DNA of 64,000 nt, from NCBI GenBank assembly GCA_024685775.1, contig JAIKVL010000004.1, positions 70,486-134,485 on the forward strand, in the 5' to 3' direction. The translations under genes and the position numbers were made by a program. The DNA comes from Clostridia bacterium. GTDB taxonomy: Bacteria > Bacillota > Clostridia > Christensenellales > CAG-1252. Shown here piece by piece: positions 56,801 through 64,000 of the stretch; positions within the stretch are counted from its first letter, which is position 1; the number at the start of each line of letters is the position of its first letter. The notes under the pieces were generated by a model. That model saw only the letters and a program-made list of their open reading frames with translations. It did no database searches and was not told the DNA's origin.

Positions 56801-59800
56801 CGCCACCCGAAAGATAGCCGTACAAAACGCCGTCGGCATTGTCGATGACCTCCGCCGTCCCGTTCGTGATCGAAAGCGCGTCGCCGCCGTCTACCCAAGC
56901 GACGGAAGGCGCGATGCCCGAAACGAATTTCGGAAGAATGGAATACAAATCCACGGTCGCCGTCAAATCGATTTTCGAAAGACGCTCGATTTGCCGTTGC
57001 GGAGCGACGACTGCGCCTAAGGCCTTAATATACGGATAGCGATCGTTCTCGACTTCCAAATCCGTATTAAAATCATCGCCGACGTAGCCGTAAGAAAGAT
57101 TGGCGATCGTGTGATCGAGATAGCCCGCGTCAACGGCGGGCAGATCCCCGAGCGACGCGTCGATCACGAAGGAAAACGCGCGACAATTTACGAGCGTTCT
57201 CGCGATCGAATATTCGTTTGCGACGCCCGCAAAGTACACGGTTTCAACGATGACGTTGGTCGCAGAGTAGAAGAGACCCGCACCGATATGGACGAAAGAA
57301 ACGGTCGAATAGCTCCGCCTTACACTTGAACCCTCACCTTCCGCAAAGAACCCGCCCGCCGTGCCGTCCGTGCAATCGATCGAAAGATGGGAAGAGGACT
57401 CGCTGATCGTAGCGTTTTCCGTCGTCCCGACGATACCTCCTATCTTTCCGTTCGCGACGATCGAGCCGTCCGCGCGGCTGAGACAGATATCGCCGCTATG
57501 TTCGCCGGAAATTCCTCCGACCGTTGCGTTGACGCTCGCTGCGCCGCGCAAATCGATCACAGATCTCACGCCTTCGATAGATCCTTCGTTTTTCGCAGAC
57601 GCGCCGCCCGCGATCAAATTCCCGTCGCCCGTGGCGGTGAGCGAGAGTTCGTTCGGGCTGTTATTCATAAGCAGTTTTTCGCCGTACAAAACCGAAGCCG
57701 CTATACCGCCGATCTCGCTATCCGAATATTCGGCGGTACTGACGTTCGCGCGAACGAAAATCGCGCTGTCCTCGATCGCCAAGGTTTTCGATTCATAAGT
57801 AACGCCGCCGAAATATCCGCGCCCTTGAAGGATACACTCGAAAGGCGCGCTCTTCGATCCGACGGAAAGATTTTTCGCCTCGCCGCCGAGGGTGTAAGTC
57901 GCAGCGCCGATCTCATTTTCCGACGCTTCCGAAGAGATCGACCCGGAGATCGAAACGTTTCCGATTCTTTCGGAAACCGAGCGAGCGAGTCCGCCGCAAA
58001 CGAAATGAGAAAGTTTACCGACGGTCACGCGACAGGATTCGACCGAGACGTTTTCGATATCTCGGACGGTATCGACCAATCCGAAGAATTCGATCGACCC
58101 GGCATCCTCTTCGCTGAAAGGAGTAAAGACGAATTCGACGGAGCGAAGAATACCCGTCGCCGTGCCGGAAGCGATATTCTCTACGCCGCCGACCACGAGC
58201 GCGTCCAAAGAAGAAACGGAAATCGTGGCGTCGTGATAAGAAATGCCGGAAACGGAATCCGCGCTTCCCGTAAAACCGACGACTTTGGTCGAGTCGCGAA
58301 CGGAAAGGGACAGCGAAGAAGAAACGTCGCGAAGCGCCATTACGGACGGAGCCACGCCATACGTTTCGCAACCTTTAACGGAAAGCGTTCCGGAAAGCGC
58401 GAGATCGGAAACGGAAGCGCGCGGCATATCCGCGGCAAACGCCGCCGCCACGCCCTCGCCTTCGACCGAAGCGCGCAACGCCAAAGAGGAATTCCCCGTC
58501 TTGGCTAAGGATCCGACGGAAGCGAACGCGCCGCCGAATATGACTTCTTCCGCTTTTACCGCGCCTTCCAAACGGACGCCGGAGATCGAGACGTTCGCCG
58601 TTCCCGCTTCGCAAGCGAGAGCACCGACCGACGCTTTGCGCGCGTCGAGATCGAGCGTAAAGACGTAATCGTGCGCGTCGATCGTGACGTCGTTTTTACA
58701 AAGAACGCCGCCGATCAAGACCTCGCCGCATTCCGAAGCGCGAACGGTCAAAGAACCGGAAACGTCCGTTTTTCCGTCCGCAGTCAGGCTGACGCCGCCG
58801 ACTTCCGCATAATCGACGGAGGAAAGCTCGATCGAGCCGAACAGACGGACTTCGCCGCCTGCGCCATACGTCGACACGCCGCCGACGCGCGCATTTCCCG
58901 TCCTTCCGCCGTCGACCGAAATCATGACGTTAAAGGAGCCGCTCAGCCCGACTTCGTCGTAAATCGTGACGCCGCCGACGGTCGCGTCTTTCGAAGCGAC
59001 CGTTAAGGACGCCGCGCATTCGGAATCTTTCCAAGCGTTTTCGTTCTTCAATCGTTCGGTCACCCCCGCGAGGATGACGCGCGCGGGCGCGCTGACTTCG
59101 AATTGAGAGGTCAGAGAAACGCCATTTGCCGCAAAATCACCGTTTCGGGACAAGCCGAAAACCTCCGCGGAGGTCGCGGTCGCATTCAAACCGCCTCCGA
59201 TCGAACAGTCTTCGAGTTTCGCTCCGCCGACGGAAATTCCGACGTACGAAACGGAATCGCCCTCGACGACGAAAGAAGAATCGAAAACGGTGTCTTTCGC
59301 TTCGACTTCCCCGTCGTACGAGCCTCCCGCGAGATAGGCTTCTTCCTCCGCGACGATCGAAACGCCGAGCGTCAACTCGCAATCATTTAATTGCGTCTTG
59401 CCTTGCGAAGCGACTGTGCTCAAAGAAACGACGTTCGCCGAAGCGGACAAAACGCCCGAGAATTTTACGCCGTCGAAAACCGCGTTTGCGGAATACGCCG
59501 CACAGGCGAATCGAACGATGTCTCCCGAGACGGAGAAATCCGAGAAGGCGATCTCACCGCCCGTGACGGCAAGATCGGTCGCCTGATACGCAAGGACGCC
59601 GAACGCGCCGCTCGACGCCGTGCGACCGCTGCCCGCGATTTTGAAAGAAACGTTTTCGAATTCCGCGCCGCGGATCTCCTTTGCAAGCAAACCGTTTTGT
59701 TCGAAAGAAACCGCGTTCGCGATGATCTCGATCGCCATATTTTCGAGTTTCGCACCGCGAATCACGTTAAAAAGCGGAGCGGACAAACGAAGGTTTTTCA

Positions 59801-61955
59801 AAGTCGCCCCGTTTCCGTCGATCTTTCCCGCAAAGACGAGGAGAGAAAGCGCGTCGACCCGAACGCCCGTAAAATCGTAAACGTCCGCAGACAGACGGAA
59901 GTACGCGTCCGGATGCTCCGCGAGAAGCGAGGCGAGCTCCGCCGCCGAAGAAGGCGCGTACGGTTTCAAAGCCGTGCCGTAGTCTCCGTCCGTCTTAACG
60001 TAGACGGCTTCTTCCGAGAGGGCAGATTCGACCAAAAATTCGGAATACGTCTTGCTCTTCAACGCGAGCGTGTAGACGCCGTCCGTCTTGATATAATTGG
60101 AAAGCATGACCGAAGTTTCCCGCGCGTCCAAGGACGTGACGACGGCGCCGTTCGCATACAAATCGTAAAAAGATGCGTTGGCGGCGGGCACAAAGGTCAA
60201 AATACCCGACGTGATTTTCAGCGCGGTAGGCGCGTCTGCTCTTTTGGGGGTGCGGAAGACAAGTTCTTTCGAGAGGAACGAGATTCCTTCTTGATATTTC
60301 GCGTAGACGCGCGCGGAGTGGACGCCCGCAGGGATGGCGTCGGAATAAAAGTTTTGCGTAACTTCGATCTTTTCGCCGTCGAGGATCAAGCCGTAGCCTT
60401 CGGCGTTCGGAAGCGCGGTCCAAGTCAACCCGGACGCGCCGAACGCAAGCCCGTCGACCGAATGCACGGCGACGATTTGCGGATCCGAGCAAACGAATAT
60501 CTCGTTCGTCGAAGCCGAACTTTCAAACAGCGCGTTCGAAGAAAGCGCGCGGACGGATACCGCCGCTCCCTCCTCTATGAGCGCGAGCGCGCTCGCGGCT
60601 TTCGTCTTCCCGCTTTCGTTAAGATCCTCGCCGAGCATTTGCGTTTCGGACAAAGTAAATTCGACGCCCGACACGTCGTATTCGACGGCTTGATCTCCGC
60701 GAGAGATCGTGATGCGATAAGAACCCGCGTTTTCGACCGCTTCGTATTTTACGGAAAGAGTCCCTTCGTCAAAGGACGCGTCGAAAGCTTCGGGGGCGGA
60801 TAAAGGCGTATAGACGACGCCCGTCTTTTCGACGTAAAAGACGAGTTCGCCCGAATAAGAAGACGCGGCGTAATAGACGTCGTCGCCGTCCGTGCGAACG
60901 CGGATCTTATGCTCTCCGACCGCCGTCGAGACGGGGATCGCGTAGGTTTCGTACACCGTCCGAACGAAAGTCGTCCCGTCCACTTCGACGACGTACGCGC
61001 TCTTCAAATCGCGCGCATTCCAAGACAGCTCGAACGCCGTCTTGCTCTCGTTCGGCGCGATCGAAAGCCCGTCCGGAGCCGCGTCCGCGATCGGGAAAGA
61101 CATATCCGCCGAAAAATCCGAAGGAGCGTACAGCCCGTTATTGCTGATAAGGCGCATACGATAATTCGTCTTGTTTCCGTTCAGCTCGGGCGCGAACGAC
61201 ATTTTGGTCTTTCCGTCGTCCGCGGGAATGGTCGCGACGGGAAGCGCGCCGGCGTCCTTATAGATCTCGTAGGAGACGGCGGAAGCGGAATAACGATTCG
61301 TCCAAACGATGGTTTTGTCGCTCGGATCGAAAGAAAGTTCGACGGGAGAAAGCTTTTTCAAAGGGGCTTTTCCGTCTTTAACGGTGACGGCGTAGGTCGC
61401 GCTGACCTTACTGGAAGCGTACGTCACGCCGTCGCCGAGGGTTTGCATTTGGATATAGTACGTTCCGTCCGAACGGAAAGTAAGATCGAAATAGGTGGAA
61501 TTCTTGGGCGCGGTAACGGATTTTCCGTCGTAATAGATCTTATATCCGTTATTGTTCAAAACAGAATTCCACAAAAGGCGATTCGCCGTCATCGAAATGC
61601 CGTACGGCGCGGACAGCTGCGGCAACAGTTCGGAAGATTGTGTGCGAGCGTAAGTCAAGATCGGAGAGAACGCGCCTCGCCCTTCCGTCGTCACGGCGCG
61701 AACGGAGATCTCGTGATCCTCGTAATCGAAGATCGTAAGTTCGAAAGACTCCTCGTCGGAAGGAAAGATCTCGTCGTCCACCTTGACCTCGTAACCGATC
61801 GCGCCTTGAACGCTCGACCAAGTCAGGACTTCGTTCGAAACGGAAAGATCATCGGGAACGCCGATCGACGGACCCGACGATTTTTTACAACCGACGAACG
61901 TAAGGATCAAAAGGACGAAAACCGTAATCGCAAGCAATAATTTACACTTTTTCAT
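53814..61955 (-). CDS. Giant surface lipoprotein (about 2,713 aa): 7 FN3-like modules plus GLUG/beta-helix repeat super-modules
   Basis: Starts MKKCKLLLAITVFVLLILTFVGC (lipobox FVGC). There are seven ~85-aa modules with W...GY signatures. Many GG(I/L/V)(V/A)G...G.I GLUG-like turns follow (IGGIVGTTENATI, AGGAVGTNYGEI, VGGIIGVSYGKL, SGGIVGVSFGIV, VGGLAGILTEKA). No LPXTG, S-layer or choline-binding tail was seen. Confidence 0.8.
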   Translation of the reverse strand: MKKCKLLLAITVFVLLILTFVGCKKSSGPSIGVPDDLSVSNEVLTWSSVQGAIGYEVKVDDEIFPSDEESFELTIFDYEDHEISVRAVTTEGRGAFSPILTYARTQSSELLPQLSAPYGISMTANRLLWNSVLNNNGYKIYYDGKSVTAPKNSTYFDLTFRSDGTYYIQMQTLGDGVTYASSKVSATYAVTVKDGKAPLKKLSPVELSFDPSDKTIVWTNRYSASAVSYEIYKDAGALPVATIPADDGKTKMSFAPELNGNKTNYRMRLISNNGLYAPSDFSADMSFPIADAAPDGLSIAPNESKTAFELSWNARDLKSAYVVEVDGTTFVRTVYETYAIPVSTAVGEHKIRVRTDGDDVYYAASSYSGELVFYVEKTGVVYTPLSAPEAFDASFDEGTLSVKYEAVENAGSYRITISRGDQAVEYDVSGVEFTLSETQMLGEDLNESGKTKAASALALIEEGAAVSVRALSSNALFESSASTNEIFVCSDPQIVAVHSVDGLAFGASGLTWTALPNAEGYGLILDGEKIEVTQNFYSDAIPAGVHSARVYAKYQEGISFLSKELVFRTPKRADAPTALKITSGILTFVPAANASFYDLYANGAVVTSLDARETSVMLSNYIKTDGVYTLALKSKTYSEFLVESALSEEAVYVKTDGDYGTALKPYAPSSAAELASLLAEHPDAYFRLSADVYDFTGVRVDALSLLVFAGKIDGNGATLKNLRLSAPLFNVIRGAKLENMAIEIIANAVSFEQNGLLAKEIRGAEFENVSFKIAGSGRTASSGAFGVLAYQATDLAVTGGEIAFSDFSVSGDIVRFACAAYSANAVFDGVKFSGVLSASANVVSLSTVASQGKTQLNDCELTLGVSIVAEEEAYLAGGSYDGEVEAKDTVFDSSFVVEGDSVSYVGISVGGAKLEDCSIGGGLNATATSAEVFGLSRNGDFAANGVSLTSQFEVSAPARVILAGVTERLKNENAWKDSECAASLTVASKDATVGGVTIYDEVGLSGSFNVMISVDGGRTGNARVGGVSTYGAGGEVRLFGSIELSSVDYAEVGGVSLTADGKTDVSGSLTVRASECGEVLIGGVLCKNDVTIDAHDYVFTLDLDARKASVGALACEAGTANVSISGVRLEGAVKAEEVIFGGAFASVGSLAKTGNSSLALRASVEGEGVAAAFAADMPRASVSDLALSGTLSVKGCETYGVAPSVMALRDVSSSLSLSVRDSTKVVGFTGSADSVSGISYHDATISVSSLDALVVGGVENIASGTATGILRSVEFVFTPFSEEDAGSIEFFGLVDTVRDIENVSVESCRVTVGKLSHFVCGGLARSVSERIGNVSISGSISSEASENEIGAATYTLGGEAKNLSVGSKSAPFECILQGRGYFGGVTYESKTLAIEDSAIFVRANVSTAEYSDSEIGGIAASVLYGEKLLMNNSPNELSLTATGDGNLIAGGASAKNEGSIEGVRSVIDLRGAASVNATVGGISGEHSGDICLSRADGSIVANGKIGGIVGTTENATISESSSHLSIDCTDGTAGGFFAEGEGSSVRRSYSTVSFVHIGAGLFYSATNVIVETVYFAGVANEYSIARTLVNCRAFSFVIDASLGDLPAVDAGYLDHTIANLSYGYVGDDFNTDLEVENDRYPYIKALGAVVAPQRQIERLSKIDLTATVDLYSILPKFVSGIAPSVAWVDGGDALSITNGTAEVIDNADGVLYGYLSGGVKAFEVPYSASGFGAFEGEGTPESPYLIKESRYYKNMKSVLDANPTAHFKWDAGSGEISSFAFPALFTSSAPFRGTIDFDGATFVAPEIPENGIFGFIDGGTVKNLNLVGGDAWSGPILGKVVYNATVENVSIKGSGSGEVSIAESAEDSAFTDLTIEISLSDEASFAAFKTVSGGTLSNVSLLVKVYSRSSVSAYLAGRADGVTASNVQFRLNGENQGDARYALVNEAISSSFSKVLSVLSVEKNSADSLTAAGFALSSDGCSLSDAALILAVEGYTVPALAAAGTATYTNVMVLDDAAFSVTIPEVSGVTKYGVGAFRAAVSSIEGFVSGLMYAPVDYSLFLSKDSDFSVLSAEDNTALTALELDDVVSIDLDDSVLITSDDAIAKIVRFDYEGSNASVSGRNLIFTAAGEGTLVITNLYDQVVRVDISLATFGGFDSGSGTRSDPYVVASFADLKKLGRNAGAHYVLDQDLEGTISEPFSLNGYLSGSGSVTVTLQGTNLFDVLIGEISDVSFVLNVGEITAHGNYGLFASSASSFDLINSEITFNAVNVTLDDESTFGLLFGQTFEDASIQNVRINAPSVTMSASADATIGIVAAKSTGTNLDCISIFSTVTISSSRKVVFGAIGSINSLSEGEFCQFFTVNLDLTATASDLTVGAIAAISSADIKNSTVDATMVLNAAELIAGGAVGTNYGEIDEVSVSGGGITAEGDHVVVGGIIGVSYGKLSRSDSSALVSASSRGIAYAGGAVGEANGLIETTFVSSDSVYAFSSADESVLEETIFGTQDFDLLCASGGIVGVSFGIVSRVRASVQTVSAECAIDSNRLYVAFGGVAGMGTEIYDAEVSGNCSIESSEPQFIVGGLAGILTEKAERAVIGAVKLKGNLIGGAVGAFSFTESSHIVDVYSLATVSSEQAGLVGKIFRTGEEGDADTGVIRDCYYLNGVDVFVRENLDNVGVNAKLAAVSDFYESAIYDGFDSEIWNIQNGSLPSVKEE
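59997..61859 (-). repeat. Seven tandem FN3/Ig-like coding modules in the giant gene
   Basis: Recurring signatures: VLTWSSVQGAIGYEVKVDD, LLWNSVLNNNGYKIYYDG, IVWTNRYSASAVSYEIYKD, LSWNARDLKSAYVVEVDG, VKYEAVENAGSYRITISRG, LTWTALPNAEGYGLILDG and LTFVPAANASFYDLYANG. The boundaries are approximate. Confidence 0.6.
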
Positions 61956-61975
61956 ACCGCACCTCGCACCTTTTG

Positions 61976-62004
61976 ATTGTATCATAGCGTGCGCGCGTTT
62001 ACAA
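61976..62004 (-). promoter_or_regulatory. Sigma-A promoter with extended -10 for the giant gene
   Basis: Minus strand TTGTAA (62004-61999), a 17-nt spacer, then TGaTACAAT (-10 at 61981-61976). GAGGTG precedes the ATG. Confidence 0.5.
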
Positions 62005-62126
62005 GATGCTTAATTATAATTTAATAAAACCAACCGTCTATTTGTGCTTTACGCGGAAGAAGCCGATTTTTACGCGCAAATTTCTCCCGAAAAACATATA
62101 ATGCAAAAAAAACAAAGGAGATTTTT

Positions 62127-62546
62127 ATGAACGAAGAAATCAAGCGAAACGGAGAAGCCGCCGTCCTTCCGATCCGAAAGCTCACGCTGACGAACGAGTG
62201 TTTTCGGCGGGAGATTCGGACGGGAGCGTACGCGCAGATCACCGTCATGAGGATCCCCGTCGGAGGAGAAATCGGGCTCGAAATCCACGAAGATCTCGAT
62301 CAAATCCTCGTGATCGAATACGGCGTGGGATCGGTCTACGCAGGGAAAGAAAAGAAAGAAGTCGCCTTCATCGGAGAAGCGGACGGAAGTTCCGCCGTCT
62401 TCATTCCCGCGGGAACGTACCATAACGTCGTCAATCGAAGAAACGTCCCCCTGCTGCTCTTTTCCGTCTACGCGCCGCCCAAACACCCGATCGGCACGAT
62501 CCACCGAACCAAGCTCGACGCCGATCTCGCGGAAGACGAAACCTGA
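62127..62546 (+). CDS. Cupin-domain protein
   Basis: 139-aa ORF with G-x5-H-x-H...E and P-x-G-x2-H-x3-N style cupin motifs (GGEIGLEIHEDLDQ, IPAGTYHNVVN). Confidence 0.75.
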   Translation: MNEEIKRNGEAAVLPIRKLTLTNECFRREIRTGAYAQITVMRIPVGGEIGLEIHEDLDQILVIEYGVGSVYAGKEKKEVAFIGEADGSSAVFIPAGTYHNVVNRRNVPLLLFSVYAPPKHPIGTIHRTKLDADLAEDET

Positions 62547-62585
62547 TTTTCCCTCCGTTTTTCCCGAAACGACCGCATAATTCCG

Positions 62586-62616
62586 AAAAACCGCGCGAGA
62601 TGATCGCGCGGTTTTT
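62586..62616 (+). terminator. Rho-independent terminator after the cupin gene
   Basis: AAAAACCGCGCGA-gatga-TCGCGCGGTTTTT. Confidence 0.85.
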
Positions 62617-62717
62617 CTCGCGTTTTTTCCATCATTCCGTTATACCCTCTTGATTTAGCGATAAAATGGTGATAGAATAAAAAAGCAATTTCGAAAAAAC
62701 GCAAAAAAGGAGTATCT

Positions 62718-63227
62718 ATGAAATACATAATCAAAAATAAGATCATGTCCATCGGCGCGGGCAGCACCGTTCGCGATGAAGCCGGAAACGACCTTTTCTT
62801 CGTCAAAGGAAAAGTCTTCACCTTTACGAAGAAAAAATTCCTCCGCACGATGAATAAAGAGGTGCTTTACACCATTCAAAACAAATTCCTTTACTTCTTC
62901 CTCCCGAAAGTCTTTATCAAAGACGCCGACGGAAACAATATCTTGATGATCAAGAAAAAGAGTTTCTTCTCTTTCAAGCAAAACTTCGAGATCATCCCCG
63001 CCGAAGGCAAAGAAGATCTGAACGTTGAGATCCAAGGCGATATCATCGGCTGGAACTACGATATTTTGGAAAACGGCATCGCCGTCGCCCATATCAGAAG
63101 AAACTTCAATTTGATCAAAGATTCCTTTACGCTCGAAACCGATATGGAAGACAAAGCCGCTTTCTACATCGCGTTCGTTATCGCTCTCGACAATTACTTC
63201 GACGCGCTCAGCCAAGATTACAGATAA
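62718..63227 (+). CDS. LURP-one-related / tubby-C-like (DUF567) protein
   Basis: 169-aa ORF with a repeated beta-hairpin pattern (MSIGAGSTVRDEAGNDLFFVKGKVFTF...) typical of PF04525 members. Confidence 0.65.
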   Translation: MKYIIKNKIMSIGAGSTVRDEAGNDLFFVKGKVFTFTKKKFLRTMNKEVLYTIQNKFLYFFLPKVFIKDADGNNILMIKKKSFFSFKQNFEIIPAEGKEDLNVEIQGDIIGWNYDILENGIAVAHIRRNFNLIKDSFTLETDMEDKAAFYIAFVIALDNYFDALSQDYR

Positions 63228-63712
63228 TGGATCCGACCTTTCCTCCTCTGAAAAGGATCGGTCAACAGCTTACCGACGAAGAATGCTCCGAACTCTTATC
63301 GAAAGAGACGCGGGGCGTTCTTTCTTTGCGCGGGACGAACGGCTATCCCTACGCCTTCCCCATCAACTTTTATTTCGAGAAAGAAGAAAATAGGATCATT
63401 TTCCACTGCGGAAAAGAAGGTTATAAGCTCGACTGCATCCAAGCAGATCCGCGCGCCGCGTTCACCGTCACCGAGCAGGGAGAGAAAAAGGAAGGGAATT
63501 GGTGGTACACCGCGCGAAGCGTAATCGCCTTCGGAAAGATCGAGATCCTTTCGGATCCCGCTCGAATCGCGGATCTTTCGAGAAAACTCAGCGCGAAGTT
63601 TACGAGCGACGAAGCCTACGTCGAGCGGGAGATCAGTCTCTACCTTCCGAAAACGATCTGCCTTTCCCTTTCGATCGAGCATCTCTCGGGAAAACGCGTA
63701 AAAGAGAAATAG
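63227..63712 (+). CDS. Pyridoxamine 5'-phosphate oxidase family (NimA-like) flavoprotein
   Basis: 161-aa ORF: ETRGVLSLRGTNGYPYAFPINFYFEKEENRIIFHCGKEGYKLD. Split-barrel family pattern. Confidence 0.75.
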   Translation: MDPTFPPLKRIGQQLTDEECSELLSKETRGVLSLRGTNGYPYAFPINFYFEKEENRIIFHCGKEGYKLDCIQADPRAAFTVTEQGEKKEGNWWYTARSVIAFGKIEILSDPARIADLSRKLSAKFTSDEAYVEREISLYLPKTICLSLSIEHLSGKRVKEK

Positions 63713-63740
63713 TCGATCCGTCCGAACATCGGCAAACGGC

Positions 63741-63771
63741 GGCGAGATCCTTTAAGGATTTCGCCTTTTTT
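63741..63771 (+). terminator. Rho-independent terminator
   Basis: GGCGAGATCC-ttta-AGGATTTCGCC followed by T6. Confidence 0.75.
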
Positions 63772-63837
63772 CGTATATTCTCCGAAAGATCGGGCGATAA
63801 TGCAAAGAGCCGCCGAATCGCGGCGCAAGGAGGATAC

Positions 63838-64000
63838 ATGGAAAAAGAAAATCATTGTGTAAAAAAGTACTTTGCGGAAATGCTCGGGACGATGTTCCTC
63901 GTGCTGTTCGGCTGCGGCGTGGCGGTTTGGACGGGAGCGAACGTCGTGGCGACCGCCCTCGCCTTCGGATTGACAATCGTGGCGATGAGCTTTTGCGTGG
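63838..64000 (+). CDS. MIP-family channel (aquaporin/glycerol facilitator), N-terminal 54 codons; runs off the window
   Basis: AAGGAGGA precedes the ATG. MEKENHCVKKYFAEMLGTMFLVLFGCGVAV is a typical MIP first helix. Confidence 0.75.
   Translation, partial: MEKENHCVKKYFAEMLGTMFLVLFGCGVAVWTGANVVATALAFGLTIVAMSFCV

Overview
This 64-kb chromosomal window looks like a spore-forming, moderately GC-rich Firmicutes (Clostridia-type) genome. The indications are yqfC-yqfD, spoVG, AGGAGG ribosome-binding sites and TTGACA-17-TATAAT promoters. About 80% of the window is conserved housekeeping DNA, mostly on the minus strand:
- rnhB'-rbgA-trmD-rimM-KH-rpsP-ffh-ylxM-ftsY-smc-rnc-plsX
- ppdK
- recO-yqzL-era-cdd-ybeY-pgpH-yqfD-yqfC
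- groES-groEL
- murG, gldA-dhaK, uvrBA, murC, spoVG

Three regions are not ordinary:
1. 29.5-41.5 kb holds a compact (~12 kb) phage-derived module with every ORF intact. It encodes large terminase, a terS-like protein, portal, scaffold, capsid, P22-like short-tail candidates and a BhlA/UviB-type holin. It has no integrase, repressor, replication, protease, tape-measure or endolysin genes. Its upstream regulator (sigma region-4-like) sits behind a near-consensus sigma-A promoter whose start region carries a Gram-positive LexA (Cheo) box. I read this as a candidate SOS-wired, domesticated particle or GTA-like system rather than a decaying prophage. This is inference only.
2. 51.1-62.0 kb looks like an operon. 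It encodes a 2,713-aa lipoprotein (7 FN3-like modules plus three GLUG/beta-helix super-modules), translationally coupled to a PAP2 phosphatase and followed by an ANL acyl-AMP ligase.
3. Several smaller oddities:
   - an AT-richer orphan gene with its own consensus promoter (27.2-27.9 kb)
   - two tail-anchored winged-helix paralogues apparently co-transcribed with uvrBA
   - a probably leaderless secreted-protein gene lying antisense inside the phage-like block
   - a structured 270-nt non-coding gap

I saw no rRNA, tRNA or CRISPR array. All functional calls come from motif and family recognition by eye plus synteny; no database search was possible.
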